Part shown: positions 46,462-57,714 of the stretch, piece by piece
Numbering within the stretch: position 1 is the first letter of the stretch
Layout: each line of letters begins with the position of its first letter
Source: Escherichia coli
GTDB taxonomy: Bacteria; Pseudomonadota; Gammaproteobacteria; Enterobacterales; Enterobacteriaceae
DNA length: 64,000 bases
Strand: one strand, 5' to 3'
NCBI RefSeq assembly: GCF_024502345.1
Contig: NZ_JALDNN010000001.1
Notes under the pieces: generated by a model
Seen by the model: the letters and a program-made list of their open reading frames with translations, nothing else
The model's database searches: none
What the model was told of the DNA's origin: nothing
Translations under genes and position numbers: made by a program

Positions 46462-47742
46462 ATGAAATTACTTATTCTGGGCAACCACACTTGCGGCAAC
46501 CGCGGCGACAGTGCCATCTTGCGCGGCTTACTTGATGCCATCAACATCCTCAATCCACATGCCGAAGTGGACGTGATGAGCCGCTATCCGGTCAGTTCTT
46601 CCTGGCTGCTCAACCGCCCGGTAATGGGCGATCCGCTGTTCCTGCAAATGAAACAACATAACAGCGCGGCGGGCGTTGTCGGGCGCGTTAAAAAAGTCCT
46701 CCGTCGCCGCTATCAGCACCAGGTATTGCTCTCACGCGTCACCGACACTGGCAAGCTGCGTAATATCGCCATCGCCCAGGGATTCACCGACTTCGTGCGC
46801 CTGATGTCAGGTTACGACGCCATTATTCAGGTCGGCGGATCGTTTTTTGTCGATCTCTATGGCGTGCCGCAGTTTGAACATGCACTTTGCACGTTTATGG
46901 CGAAAAAGCCGCTGTTTATGATTGGTCACAGCGTCGGTCCCTTCCAGGATGAGCAATTTAACCAACTGGCGAACTACGTTTTTGGTCACTGTGACGCGCT
47001 GATCCTACGCGAATCGGTCAGCCTTGATTTGATGAAACGCAGCAATATCACTACCGCAAAAGTGGAACATGGCGTCGATACCGCGTGGCTGGTCGATCAC
47101 CACACCGAAGATTTCACCGCCAGCTATGCCGTTCAACACTGGCTGGACGTTGCCGCACAACAGAAAACGGTGGCAATTACCCTGCGCGAACTGGCACCGT
47201 TCGACAAACGTCTCGGCACCACTCAACAAGCGTATGAAAAAGCCTTTGCCGGGGTGGTCAATCGCATTCTCGACGAAGGGTATCAGGTGATTGCGCTATC
47301 CACCTGTACGGGCATCGACAGCTATAACAAAGACGACCGCATGGTGGCGCTTAATCTGCGCCAGCACATCAGCGATCCTGCCCGTTACCACGTAGTGATG
47401 GATGAACTCAACGATCTGGAAATGGGCAAAATTCTGGAGGCCTGTGAACTCACCGTCGGTACGCGCCTGCACTCTGCCATTATCTCGATGAATTTCTCCA
47501 CTCCGGCAATTGCCATCAACTACGAACATAAATCCGCCGGGATTATGCAGCAGCTGGGACTGCCAGAGATGGCGATTGATATCCGTCATTTACTGGACGG
47601 CAGCCTGCAAGCGATGGTTGCGGATACCTTAGGCCAGCTTCCGGCGCTGAACGCACGACTTAACGAAGCTGTCAGTCGTGAGCGTCAGACGGGAATGCAG
47701 ATGGTGCAATCTGTGCTTGAGCGCATCGGGGAGGTGAAATGA
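46462..47742 (+). CDS. wcaK: Colanic acid pyruvyltransferase WcaK
   Basis: 426-aa ORF. Confidence 0.92.
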   Translation: MKLLILGNHTCGNRGDSAILRGLLDAINILNPHAEVDVMSRYPVSSSWLLNRPVMGDPLFLQMKQHNSAAGVVGRVKKVLRRRYQHQVLLSRVTDTGKLRNIAIAQGFTDFVRLMSGYDAIIQVGGSFFVDLYGVPQFEHALCTFMAKKPLFMIGHSVGPFQDEQFNQLANYVFGHCDALILRESVSLDLMKRSNITTAKVEHGVDTAWLVDHHTEDFTASYAVQHWLDVAAQQKTVAITLRELAPFDKRLGTTQQAYEKAFAGVVNRILDEGYQVIALSTCTGIDSYNKDDRMVALNLRQHISDPARYHVVMDELNDLEMGKILEACELTVGTRLHSAIISMNFSTPAIAINYEHKSAGIMQQLGLPEMAIDIRHLLDGSLQAMVADTLGQLPALNARLNEAVSRERQTGMQMVQSVLERIGEVK

Positions 47743-48959
47743 AGGTCGGCTTCTTTTTACTGAAATTTCCGTTGTCGTCAGAAACCTTCGTCCTCAATCA
47801 AATTACCGCGTTTATTGATATGGGATTTGAGGTGGAGATTGTTGCGCTGCAAAAAGGCGACACCCAGAACACCCACGCGGCATGGACGAAATACAACCTT
47901 GCCGCCAGAACCCGTTGGTTACAGAACGAACCTGCGGGCAAAGTAGCGAAACTGCGCCACCGCGCCAGCCAGACGTTACGTGGCATTCATCGTAAAAATA
48001 CCTGGCAGGCGCTCAACCTCAAACGCTATGGTGCCGAGTCGCGGAACCTGATTTTGTCTGCCATTTGTGGTCAGGTCGCAACACCGTTTCATGCCGATGT
48101 CTTTATCGCTCATTTTGGCCCTGCGGGGGTAACCGCAGCAAAACTACGCGAACTGGGTGTCATTCGCGGCAAAATTGCCACTATCTTTCACGGTATTGAT
48201 ATCTCCAGTCGGGAAGTGCTCAACCACTACACTCCCGAATATCAACAACTGTTTCGCCGTGGCGACCTGATGTTACCAATAAGCAATCTGTGGGCCGGAA
48301 GGCTGCAAAAAATGGGCTGCCCGAGGGAAAAAATTGCCGTATCGCGCATGGGCGTGGACATGACGCGTTTTAGCCCGCGTCCGGTGAAAGCGCCCGCAAC
48401 GCCGCTAGAAATCATTTCCGTCGCACGCTTAACCGAGAAAAAAGGCCTGCATGTGGCGATTGAAGCCTGCCGTCAGTTGAAAGAGCAGGGCGTGGCATTT
48501 CGCTATCGCATCCTCGGCATTGGCCCGTGGGAACGACGCCTGCGCACGCTCATCGAACAATATCAACTGGAAGATGTGGTGGAGATGCCTGGCTTTAAAC
48601 CGAGCCATGAAGTGAAAGCGATGCTCGACGACGCGGATGTCTTCCTGTTGCCATCGGTTACAGGTGCGGATGGTGATATGGAAGGCATTCCGGTGGCGCT
48701 AATGGAAGCGATGGCGGTCGGCATTCCGGTGGTTTCTACTCTGCATAGCGGAATACCGGAACTGGTGGAGGCTGACAAATCCGGCTGGCTGGTGCCTGAG
48801 AACGATGCTCGCGCACTGGCGCAACGCCTGGCGGCATTTAGCCAACTGGACACCAACGAACTGGCTCCGGTTATCAAACGTGCTCGCGAAAAAGTCGAAC
48901 ACGATTTTAACCAGCAGGTGATTAATCGAGAACTCGCCAGCTTGTTGCAGGCTTTATAG
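47739..48959 (+). CDS. wcaL: Colanic acid glycosyltransferase WcaL (GT4)
   Basis: 406-aa ORF, 4-bp overlap with wcaK. Confidence 0.93.
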   Translation: MKVGFFLLKFPLSSETFVLNQITAFIDMGFEVEIVALQKGDTQNTHAAWTKYNLAARTRWLQNEPAGKVAKLRHRASQTLRGIHRKNTWQALNLKRYGAESRNLILSAICGQVATPFHADVFIAHFGPAGVTAAKLRELGVIRGKIATIFHGIDISSREVLNHYTPEYQQLFRRGDLMLPISNLWAGRLQKMGCPREKIAVSRMGVDMTRFSPRPVKAPATPLEIISVARLTEKKGLHVAIEACRQLKEQGVAFRYRILGIGPWERRLRTLIEQYQLEDVVEMPGFKPSHEVKAMLDDADVFLLPSVTGADGDMEGIPVALMEAMAVGIPVVSTLHSGIPELVEADKSGWLVPENDARALAQRLAAFSQLDTNELAPVIKRAREKVEHDFNQQVINRELASLLQAL

Positions 48960-48969
48960 AGGAGAACGT

Positions 48970-50364
48970 ATGCCATTTAAAAAACTCTCCCGACGCACCT
49001 TCCTGACGGCAAGCTCGGCCCTTGCCTTCCTCCATACCCCTTTCGCTCGCGCACTTCCCGCCCGACAAAGCGTTAACATTAACGACTACAACCCTCACGA
49101 CTGGATCGCCTCATTTAAACAAGCCTTCAGCGAAGGGCAAACGGTCGTCGTGCCTGCCGGATTGGTTTGCGACAATATCAACACCGGCATCTTCATTCCT
49201 GCAGGTAAAACGTTACACATCCTTGGAAGCCTGCGCGGCAACGGCAGAGGGCGATTTATCTTACAGGACGGCAGCCAGGTGACAGGGGAGGAGGGCGGCA
49301 GTATGCATAACATCACCCTGGATGTGCGAGGCTCTGACTGCACCATCAAAGGGCTGGCGATGAGCGGCTTTGGCCCGGTAACGCAGATTTATATCGGCGG
49401 CAAAAACAAACGGGTCATGCGTAACCTGACCATCGATAACCTCACTGTCAGCCACGCTAATTACGCCATCTTACGCCAGGGATTTCATAACCAGATTATC
49501 GGTGCCAACATCACCAACTGTAAGTTCAGCGACTTACAGGGGGACGCTATTGAATGGAACGTGGCGATTAACGACAGTGATATTTTGATCTCCGACCATG
49601 TTATCGAGCGCATCAACTGTACCAACGGCAAAATCAACTGGGGCATCGGCATAGGTCTTGCGGGAAGTACCTACGATAACAACTACCCGGAAGACCAGGC
49701 AGTGAAAAACTTTGTCGTGGCGAATATCACGGGATCGGATTGTCGGCAGTTGATCCATGTTGAAAATGGTAAACATTTTGTTATTCGTAATATCAAAGCC
49801 CGCAATATCACGCCGGATTTCAGTAAGAAAGCAGGTATTGATAACGCCACAGTCGCTATTTACGGTTGTGACAATTTCGTGATTGATAATATTGAAATGA
49901 TTAATAGCGCCGGGATGTTAATCGGCTATGGGGTAATTAAAGGCAAATATCTCTCGATACCGCAAAATTTCCGAGTGAATAATATTCAACTGGATAACAC
50001 CCATCTTGCTTATAAATTGCGCGGCATTCAAATCTCCGCCGGGAATGCTGTCTCCTTTGTGGCGCTGACTAACATTGAGATGAAGCGTGCCTCGCTTGAG
50101 CTACACAATAAACCGCAACATCTTTTTATGCGAAATATCAAGGTGATGCAGGAATCCTCAGTTGGACCCGCATTGAGCATGAACTTTGACATGCGCAAAG
50201 ACGTTCGCGGCGTCTTTATGGCGAAAAAAGAAACACTGCTATCTCTTGCAAATGTTCATGCGGTGAATGAAAGAGGACAAAGCTCCGTCGATATCGACAG
50301 GATTAATCACCATATTGTTAATGTGGAAAAGATTAACTTTAGATTGCCAGAACGGAGGGAGTAG
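48970..50364 (+). CDS. wcaM: Colanic acid biosynthesis protein WcaM
   Basis: 464-aa ORF with Tat-like signal ([15 protein letters not shown]). Confidence 0.93.
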   Translation: MPFKKLSRRTFLTASSALAFLHTPFARALPARQSVNINDYNPHDWIASFKQAFSEGQTVVVPAGLVCDNINTGIFIPAGKTLHILGSLRGNGRGRFILQDGSQVTGEEGGSMHNITLDVRGSDCTIKGLAMSGFGPVTQIYIGGKNKRVMRNLTIDNLTVSHANYAILRQGFHNQIIGANITNCKFSDLQGDAIEWNVAINDSDILISDHVIERINCTNGKINWGIGIGLAGSTYDNNYPEDQAVKNFVVANITGSDCRQLIHVENGKHFVIRNIKARNITPDFSKKAGIDNATVAIYGCDNFVIDNIEMINSAGMLIGYGVIKGKYLSIPQNFRVNNIQLDNTHLAYKLRGIQISAGNAVSFVALTNIEMKRASLELHNKPQHLFMRNIKVMQESSVGPALSMNFDMRKDVRGVFMAKKETLLSLANVHAVNERGQSSVDIDRINHHIVNVEKINFRLPERRE

Positions 50365-50521
50365 ATTTGCGACCATTCATAAACTTACTGGATATAATGT
50401 TCTAAAAGATTATAATCCTCACACTAACTGTTAAAGCTGGGGCTGGGCAGCATTGACTACTCAGGGAAGGTACTCATCTTTATCTTGTGTTTCTTACGTA
50501 ACAACCAGACTAAAGTGATTT

Positions 50522-51517
50522 ATGAACGATAACGTTTTGCTCATAGGAGCTTCCGGATTCGTAGGAACCCGACTACTTGAAACGGCAATTGCTGACTTTA
50601 ATATCAAGAACCTGGACAAACAGCAGAGCCACTTTTATCCAGAAATCACACAGATTGGTGATGTTCGTGATCAACAGGCACTCGACCAGGCGTTAGCCGG
50701 TTTTGACACTGTTGTACTACTGGCAGCGGAACACCGCGATGACGTCAGCCCTACTTCTCTCTATTATGATGTCAACGTTCAGGGTACCCGCAATGTGCTG
50801 GCGGCCATGGAAAAAAATGGCGTTAAAAATATCATCTTTACCAGTTCCGTTGCTGTTTATGGTTTGAACAAACACAACCCTGACGAAAACCATCCACACG
50901 ATCCTTTCAACCACTACGGCAAAAGTAAGTGGCAGGCAGAGGAAGTGCTGCGTGAATGGTATAACAAAGCACCAACAGAACGTTCATTAACCATCATCCG
51001 TCCTACCGTTATCTTCGGTGAACGGAACCGCGGTAACGTCTATAACTTGCTGAAACAGATCGCTGGCGGCAAGTTTATGATGGTGGGCGCAGGGACTAAC
51101 TATAAGTCCATGGCTTATGTTGGAAACATTGTTGAGTTTATCAAGTACAAACTGAAGAATGTTGCCGCAGGTTATGAGGTTTATAACTACGTTGATAAGC
51201 CAGACCTGAACATGAACCAGTTGGTTGCTGAAGTTGAACAAAGCCTGAACAAAAAGATCCCTTCTATGCACTTGCCTTACCCACTAGGAATGCTGGGTGG
51301 ATATTGCTTTGATATCCTGAGCAAAATTACGGGCAAAAAATACGCTGTCAGCTCTGTGCGCGTGAAAAAATTTTGCGCAACAACACAGTTTGACGCAACG
51401 AAAGTGCATTCTTCAGGTTTTGTGGCACCGTATACGCTGTCGCAAGGTCTGGATCGAACTCTGCAGTATGAATTCGTCCATGCCAAAAAAGACGACATAA
51501 CGTTTGTTTCTGAGTAA
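50522..51517 (+). CDS. gnu: NAD-dependent epimerase of the Z3206 (Gnu/Gne) type; GlcNAc-P-P-Und 4-epimerase candidate
   Basis: 331-aa ORF with Rossmann motif LLIGASGFVGTRLL, between wcaM and galF where K-12 has no gene, as I recall. Confidence 0.7.
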   Translation: MNDNVLLIGASGFVGTRLLETAIADFNIKNLDKQQSHFYPEITQIGDVRDQQALDQALAGFDTVVLLAAEHRDDVSPTSLYYDVNVQGTRNVLAAMEKNGVKNIIFTSSVAVYGLNKHNPDENHPHDPFNHYGKSKWQAEEVLREWYNKAPTERSLTIIRPTVIFGERNRGNVYNLLKQIAGGKFMMVGAGTNYKSMAYVGNIVEFIKYKLKNVAAGYEVYNYVDKPDLNMNQLVAEVEQSLNKKIPSMHLPYPLGMLGGYCFDILSKITGKKYAVSSVRVKKFCATTQFDATKVHSSGFVAPYTLSQGLDRTLQYEFVHAKKDDITFVSE

Positions 51518-51759
51518 TGCAGACGAGTCAGAGAAAAAAGGACCAGGTTGGACTACGATTATTCGGAAAGAGGTACTGATTAAATTATCAGTATGTGGAA
51601 TTCCGAGTAATCCGAGTAACCCAGATGCTGATGGTGTGTAGTGTTATCGTAAGGTTTAATCAAAGTTATGCGGAACTAAGCTTTGGTATATAGCCATACC
51701 GTTTGGCTAACCTATGGCAATAATTTACGCACTATCAGCCACTTAGAGGTAGGAAAATA

Positions 51760-52653
51760 ATGACGAATTTAAAAGCAGTTATACCGGTAGCGGGTCTTGG
51801 GATGCATATGTTGCCTGCCACTAAGGCGATACCCAAAGAGATGCTACCGATCGTCGACAAGCCAATGATTCAGTACATTGTTGACGAGATTGTGGCTGCA
51901 GGGATCAAAGAAATCCTCCTGGTAACTCACGCGTCCAAGAACGCAGTCGAAAACCACTTCGACACCTCCTATGAATTAGAATCTCTCCTTGAACAGCGCG
52001 TGAAGCGTCAACTACTGGCGGAAGTGCAATCTATCTGTCCACCGGGAGTGACCATTATGAACGTGCGTCAGGGCGAACCTTTAGGTTTAGGCCACTCCAT
52101 TTTGTGTGCGCGACCTGCCATTGGTGACAACCCATTTGTCGTGGTACTGCCAGACGTAGTGATCGACGACGCCAGCGCCGACCCGCTGCGTTACAACCTT
52201 GCCGCTATGATTGCGCGCTTCAATGAAACGGGACGCAGCCAGGTGCTGGCAAAACGTATGCCGGGTGATCTCTCTGAATACTCCGTCATTCAGACCAAAG
52301 AACTGCTGGATCGCGAAGGTAAAGTCAGCCGCATTGTTGAATTCATCGAAAAACCGGATCAGCCACAAACGCTGGACTCAGACATCATGGCCGTTGGTCG
52401 CTATGTGCTTTCTGCCGATATTTGGCCGGAACTTGAACGCACTCAACCTGGTGCATGGGGGCGTATTCAGCTAACTGATGCCATTGCCGAACTGGCAAGA
52501 AAACAGTCCGTTGATGCAATGCTGATGACTGGTGACAGCTACGACTGCGGTAAAAAAATGGGGTATATGCAGGCGTTTGTGAAGTATGGACTACGCAACC
52601 TGAAAGAAGGGGCGAAGTTCCGTAAAGGTATTGACAAGCTGTTAAGCGAATAA
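51760..52653 (+). CDS. galF: UTP-glucose-1-phosphate uridylyltransferase-like regulatory subunit GalF
   Basis: 297-aa [46 protein letters not shown]. Confidence 0.96.
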   Translation: MTNLKAVIPVAGLGMHMLPATKAIPKEMLPIVDKPMIQYIVDEIVAAGIKEILLVTHASKNAVENHFDTSYELESLLEQRVKRQLLAEVQSICPPGVTIMNVRQGEPLGLGHSILCARPAIGDNPFVVVLPDVVIDDASADPLRYNLAAMIARFNETGRSQVLAKRMPGDLSEYSVIQTKELLDREGKVSRIVEFIEKPDQPQTLDSDIMAVGRYVLSADIWPELERTQPGAWGRIQLTDAIAELARKQSVDAMLMTGDSYDCGKKMGYMQAFVKYGLRNLKEGAKFRKGIDKLLSE

Positions 52654-52886
52654 TGAAAATCTGACCGAATGTAACGGTTGATAAGACAAATTATAACGGC
52701 AGTGAAGATTCCTGTGGGGAGTAATTTGTTGCGATTACCACTGTCGTTATTCAACTATAAGCATAAAAAAGTTAAATATAATTTGGGGATTTTAAGTATA
52801 TGGAAACGCCTTTGTCTACTGAATAAGTAAAGTATTAACTGTAAGAAAAGCGTGAATGGTGTTCCCTACATAATTTAAAGATATTC

Positions 52887-52925
52887 AGTCTACTGGTAGC
52901 TGTTAAGCCAGGGGCGGTAGCGTGG
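52887..52925 (+). promoter_or_regulatory. JUMPstart element with ops site (GGCGGTAGCGTG at 52913..52924) upstream of the O-antigen cluster
   Basis: cagtctactggtagctgttaagccaggggcggtagcgtg matches the 39-bp JUMPstart consensus closely. Confidence 0.9.
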
Positions 52926-52956
52926 ATAATTTTGAAAAAAAAGATTAGAGCATAAA

Positions 52957-54348
52957 ATGAATTTACTTAAAGGGACAATAATATATACATTGTCAAATTT
53001 GACAATTAAATTTGGTGCAGTTTTACTGCTTCCTATATTAACTCATTTACTTAATCCAGAAGAGTATGGGATGGTAGGATTGTATGTTACACTTACTTCC
53101 TTTCTTACAATAATTTTAGGGCTTGGTTTTTATACACCCTTAATGAAAACTCAGTCGGAGCAGAAAAGCAATATTGCAACTTCAAACCATGTAAATTTTT
53201 GTGCGATAATATTTCTTATCGCAGTTTATTTATTATTGCTTTTATTTCTTTACTTTATATTGAAGTCGTCTTTAGTTATTGATTTGTTGGGGGAGGTGAA
53301 ACTAGATAGCAAATTAATTTATTTGGCAGTTATTGTATCAATGTTTTCTGCAATTAATATTATTATGAACACGTCGTTTAGAATGGACGAGAATTATATA
53401 TTAGTTGCAATATTGTCAATTTTATCTTTTGTGTTATTTTATTCCTCTGCTATAATATTCATTAAACTGTTCAATTATGGAGGCCTTGGCTATATATATG
53501 GCAATTTATTAAGTTCAATAATCATTTTTTTTATAAGTTTCACTTGTTACTATAGAAAATTATCTATTGCATTTTCATGGCACAACGTGAAATTTTTGTG
53601 TAGGAATGGAATTCCAATGGTTTTTGTAGAGTTATCTGATAAAATAATTGAAGCCAGCGATAGATTTATTTTAGTCAGATATATTTCACTATCCTCTTTA
53701 GGCGTATATACACTAGCACTAACGGGATGTAAAGTATTAAACGTAGTTTTCAATTCTTATATTAGCGCTATCCTTCCCTCTATCTATAAAAGCGTTGAAA
53801 GCCGTGAAGATTCAAATTATATAAAAGTGAAGCTTGAGAATGCATACGTGCTTGTAGTGATGATGGTTTTTTTGGGACAGTTGATATCAAAAGAAATAAT
53901 TGACATAATTTTTCCTGCATCATATTCAAATTTATTTTTTGTATTTATATTAGCTTTGCCTGCAATATCTCTTCAATATTATTATTTCTTAGATTTCTAT
54001 TTTCATAGAAGTGAAGATAGCCGATTTATTTTATGTTTTACAATAGCAACCTCGATAATAAATATTATTCTAAACTTAATTTTTGTTCCCAAATATGGAG
54101 TTTATGCATCTCTTTTATCAACGTATATATCCTATTTAATCAGAACGCTAGTAGAAATAAAATTTATAGCGAGACGGTATAAATTGAAGTTTAGTGTGCT
54201 TAACGTCCTTATGGGAAGCTTTGTTCTGTATACTGTTCCTTTATTATATCATTATGGTTATTATACAGTGTTGTTGAGAGTAACTTTGTCAATTGTTTTA
54301 TTTATAGGTATTATTATGTTTTATAAAAAAAGTAGAATATTCAATTAA
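52957..54348 (+). CDS. wzx: O-antigen flippase Wzx
   Basis: 463-aa multi-TM ORF of the polysaccharide-transporter family; first gene after JUMPstart; low GC. Confidence 0.8.
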   Translation: MNLLKGTIIYTLSNLTIKFGAVLLLPILTHLLNPEEYGMVGLYVTLTSFLTIILGLGFYTPLMKTQSEQKSNIATSNHVNFCAIIFLIAVYLLLLLFLYFILKSSLVIDLLGEVKLDSKLIYLAVIVSMFSAINIIMNTSFRMDENYILVAILSILSFVLFYSSAIIFIKLFNYGGLGYIYGNLLSSIIIFFISFTCYYRKLSIAFSWHNVKFLCRNGIPMVFVELSDKIIEASDRFILVRYISLSSLGVYTLALTGCKVLNVVFNSYISAILPSIYKSVESREDSNYIKVKLENAYVLVVMMVFLGQLISKEIIDIIFPASYSNLFFVFILALPAISLQYYYFLDFYFHRSEDSRFILCFTIATSIINIILNLIFVPKYGVYASLLSTYISYLIRTLVEIKFIARRYKLKFSVLNVLMGSFVLYTVPLLYHYGYYTVLLRVTLSIVLFIGIIMFYKKSRIFN

Positions 54349-54361
54349 AAGTGAGTGCTAA

Positions 54362-55546
54362 GTGATCATGGTTAATGCTAAAAATTTTGTATTAATTATT
54401 TTTGATGTAATATGTCTTTTTTTTAATGTTTTTATTTATGTCCCACGTCTAATTATTGGTGTTTTAACAGTAGATAAAACATTGATTATTACATTTCCCT
54501 TGATGTTATCAGTGTTGGCATATAATTTTATTCCACCAGAAACATATGATCTTTACAGACATTATGAAAACTATCAAAATTTTTTGAATAATAATGAAGT
54601 AAGTTTTATCAGGGATTTTTTTCTTTATTTTTTATTTACCGTAGGGAGGTTTTTTGATTTAAATAATGGATTTATAGCATTTGTATCTTGTTATATCCTC
54701 TATTTTTATTGGTTAAAAATATTATACATTAACTTTGATTATAAAGCCAAGAAGAAAAATTTCCCGTTATACTTTCTTATATTTTTTATTACTCCACCTC
54801 TTGTTATATATACAGGCGTTCGATTTTCCACAGGGCTTATATTAACACTGTATGGGATTGTAAACTGGATTCAATTACGGAATGTAAAACTTGGTATAGT
54901 ATATATTATTTGCGGGTTAACAGCCCATTTTTCAATGGCATTGATTGCTTTAATATTTATTTTCACATCATATTTCAATAATATCTTTTCAAATAAATAT
55001 TTAAGGGTTGGGTTCGTATTTTCTGCATTACTTGTAATCTCATTTAATGAACAGTTAGTAAGGTTTTTGACAACAGTAATTGAGTTCATTAATCAGTTAT
55101 TTGATTGGAACTTTATTAGTATCGATACATATATTACTGGTAAATGGGGGCTGGAGAGGGCGCAGGAATTGAATTCAACCGGACAATTAGTATTAGGTAT
55201 ACGTAATTATGGTATGCTCTTTCTAATATTGCTATTTTGCCCACTAATATCTTTTAATAAAAATAAATATACGAACTTTTATTATGTAATGTGTGCTGTT
55301 ACAATATTAGTTTTCCCTTTTACAGCAGTATTTGATAGATATGGAACATTTTTAATTTTTTTTATTGTATACTATCTTAGTACTCTTCAGAAAAAAACTA
55401 ACATTGAAATAATATATTTTTTAACGTTGATTGTATATTTGATTTTCTTTAGAGCAATAGACATCAAAGATAATATTTCCGTATACACTGAAAGCTATAG
55501 TAATATATTGAATCTTTCTTTAATTAAAGTACTGTTAGGAATATAA
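54362..55546 (+). CDS. wzy: O-antigen polymerase Wzy (putative)
   Basis: 394-aa highly hydrophobic multi-TM ORF next to wzx; start may be ATG at 54368. Confidence 0.65.
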   Translation: MIMVNAKNFVLIIFDVICLFFNVFIYVPRLIIGVLTVDKTLIITFPLMLSVLAYNFIPPETYDLYRHYENYQNFLNNNEVSFIRDFFLYFLFTVGRFFDLNNGFIAFVSCYILYFYWLKILYINFDYKAKKKNFPLYFLIFFITPPLVIYTGVRFSTGLILTLYGIVNWIQLRNVKLGIVYIICGLTAHFSMALIALIFIFTSYFNNIFSNKYLRVGFVFSALLVISFNEQLVRFLTTVIEFINQLFDWNFISIDTYITGKWGLERAQELNSTGQLVLGIRNYGMLFLILLFCPLISFNKNKYTNFYYVMCAVTILVFPFTAVFDRYGTFLIFFIVYYLSTLQKKTNIEIIYFLTLIVYLIFFRAIDIKDNISVYTESYSNILNLSLIKVLLGI

Positions 55547-56526
55547 TGCGTAAATATGAAAATAATATTGTTATAAGTGTGATTATTCCAACATATAACA
55601 ATGATAAAACAATCATAGAGGCTATTCAATCTATAGTAAATGTTGAGATGCCTGTGAAATATGAGGTGCTAGTAATAGACGATGGTTCGGTAGATCAGAC
55701 ATCAAATTTAATTGCAGAATATATAAGTCAAAGAAAAGATAATACTATTAAATATTTTTATCAAAAAAACAGTGGTGTAAGCGCTGCGAGAAACGTGGGA
55801 ATAAAAAATGCATTAGGGAAATATGTTCTATTTTTAGACGCAGATGATACATATAGTGAACATGTGTTAAAAGAAATAGATGAAATATTAAGTACTAACA
55901 ATGATATATATGTGTTTTCATATGAAAAACTGAATAATAAAAAGGCTATAATATCAAATAAAAAAAATATTATAACTCATTATAATAGTAAATATGATTT
56001 TTTAAACTCCTATATCTCAGGTGAACTTTTCGGGTGCGTTAGTGTTTGCTCTTGCATTTTTAGTAAAGAATCATTAATTAGCAATAATATTTTTTACGAT
56101 AGTAAAATTGCTTATGGGGAAGATCAATGGTTTTTGATAAATGCTCTCAAGGTTTGCAATGATGTAGAGTTCAGATTAGAACTAAATTTACTGAATTATA
56201 CTTATAATACGGAGTCGGCGACTAATCGTTTCAACCTAAGACGTTTTGACGCGATTACAATGCTAGAAAGAATCAATCAAGAAGCATTTAAGGTTAATCA
56301 AGATATAATTAATGCAAGAATTAATAAAGAATTGGTAAATATAGCAACAATATATACGAAATTCAATTCGTTACAGAAATCAATAATGTTTGTTAATAAC
56401 GTTATACTCCCAAAAATAAAAACGGATAGTGACAAAAGACTATATATGTTCAAAGATATGGTTTTCACTAGATTACCATATTTATATATAATACTTTATA
56501 AACTCTATATTAAGCTATTTAAGTAA
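55546..56526 (+). CDS. Glycosyltransferase family 2
   Basis: 326-aa ORF, ISVIIPTYNN...DDGSVD...LDADD (GT-A, DXD). Confidence 0.8.
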   Translation: MRKYENNIVISVIIPTYNNDKTIIEAIQSIVNVEMPVKYEVLVIDDGSVDQTSNLIAEYISQRKDNTIKYFYQKNSGVSAARNVGIKNALGKYVLFLDADDTYSEHVLKEIDEILSTNNDIYVFSYEKLNNKKAIISNKKNIITHYNSKYDFLNSYISGELFGCVSVCSCIFSKESLISNNIFYDSKIAYGEDQWFLINALKVCNDVEFRLELNLLNYTYNTESATNRFNLRRFDAITMLERINQEAFKVNQDIINARINKELVNIATIYTKFNSLQKSIMFVNNVILPKIKTDSDKRLYMFKDMVFTRLPYLYIILYKLYIKLFK

Positions 56527-56532
56527 ACTAAT

Positions 56533-57714
56533 ATGAATATTCTTATAATTATTCCTAAGTTATGTAACGGTGGGATTGAAAAAATTGCATCAAACTTTTC
56601 TCAATACTTACCAGAAAGATATAATCAATTTGTATATTCAATCATGTCACAAGACTCTTCTTATGATTTTGCGGTAAAGCCCATTATATTAAATAAAAGT
56701 TTAGGTAAAACCTTTATTGGAAAATTGATTACATTTTTCTACAGGCTTCATTTGGCACGTAAAATTATTAGAGAAAATAACATAGATATATGCATTAGTT
56801 TTGGGGAGAGATGTAATATTATAAATATTCTATCTATGGGGAAAACAAAAAAAATCATTACTATACATAGTCAGCTATCTATTGAAAATAAAACAAAAGG
56901 ATTATATGGGAAAGTTACAACACTATTTTCAAAATTGCTTTATAAAAATGCGGATGCTACTGTAGCCGTATCAGAAATAGTGAAGAAGGATGCGTGCGGT
57001 TTATTAAATTTAGATGCGAATAATGTAGAGCTAATTTATAATGGACACGATATTGATTATATCAAAGATAAGTCTACTGATTATAAAGAATTTGATACAC
57101 CTGTGATCGACTTCGTGTCTGTAGGGCGAATTACATATGCTAAAGGGCATTATCATCTATTGAGAAGTCTTGCCATAGTAAAGGAGACGTATCCTAATGT
57201 AATACTATATATTGTTGGCACGTATGAAAAAGATAATTTAAAAAGCATAATTGATCATTTAATTGAGAAATACGATTTATATGATAATGTGATTTTTACC
57301 GGCTTTAGTGACAATCCATATCCTTACATAAAATCAGCAAAGGCTCTTATACTTAGTTCAATTTTTGAAGGTTTTCCAGGCGTTGTTATCGAGAGTATTG
57401 CGCTTGGAACTCCTGTCATAGCGACAGATTGTGGCGGTGCTTCAGAAGTTTTAAAAAGTCCAGATGCCAAAATAAAGAATAATACGGGAGATGTGGAAAT
57501 TACTAAATTAGGAGTACTGTTACCAAAATTCGATGGGATTTATGATATTAATTTGGATTTTTCGCCCACAGAAAAAAAGATGGCGCAAGTTATGAATGAT
57601 ATTATATCAGGGAAGCTGAAATTTAATGAAGACTTTTTAATTACAAAAGCAAACGAATATGATATAGATTCTATGATGAAAAAATATACGGACTTAATAG
57701 AGAAAATAAAATAA
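56533..57714 (+). CDS. Glycosyltransferase family 4 (GT-B)
   Basis: 393-aa ORF with C-terminal EGFPGVVIESIALGTPVIATDCGG motif. Confidence 0.8.
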   Translation: MNILIIIPKLCNGGIEKIASNFSQYLPERYNQFVYSIMSQDSSYDFAVKPIILNKSLGKTFIGKLITFFYRLHLARKIIRENNIDICISFGERCNIINILSMGKTKKIITIHSQLSIENKTKGLYGKVTTLFSKLLYKNADATVAVSEIVKKDACGLLNLDANNVELIYNGHDIDYIKDKSTDYKEFDTPVIDFVSVGRITYAKGHYHLLRSLAIVKETYPNVILYIVGTYEKDNLKSIIDHLIEKYDLYDNVIFTGFSDNPYPYIKSAKALILSSIFEGFPGVVIESIALGTPVIATDCGGASEVLKSPDAKIKNNTGDVEITKLGVLLPKFDGIYDINLDFSPTEKKMAQVMNDIISGKLKFNEDFLITKANEYDIDSMMKKYTDLIEKIK

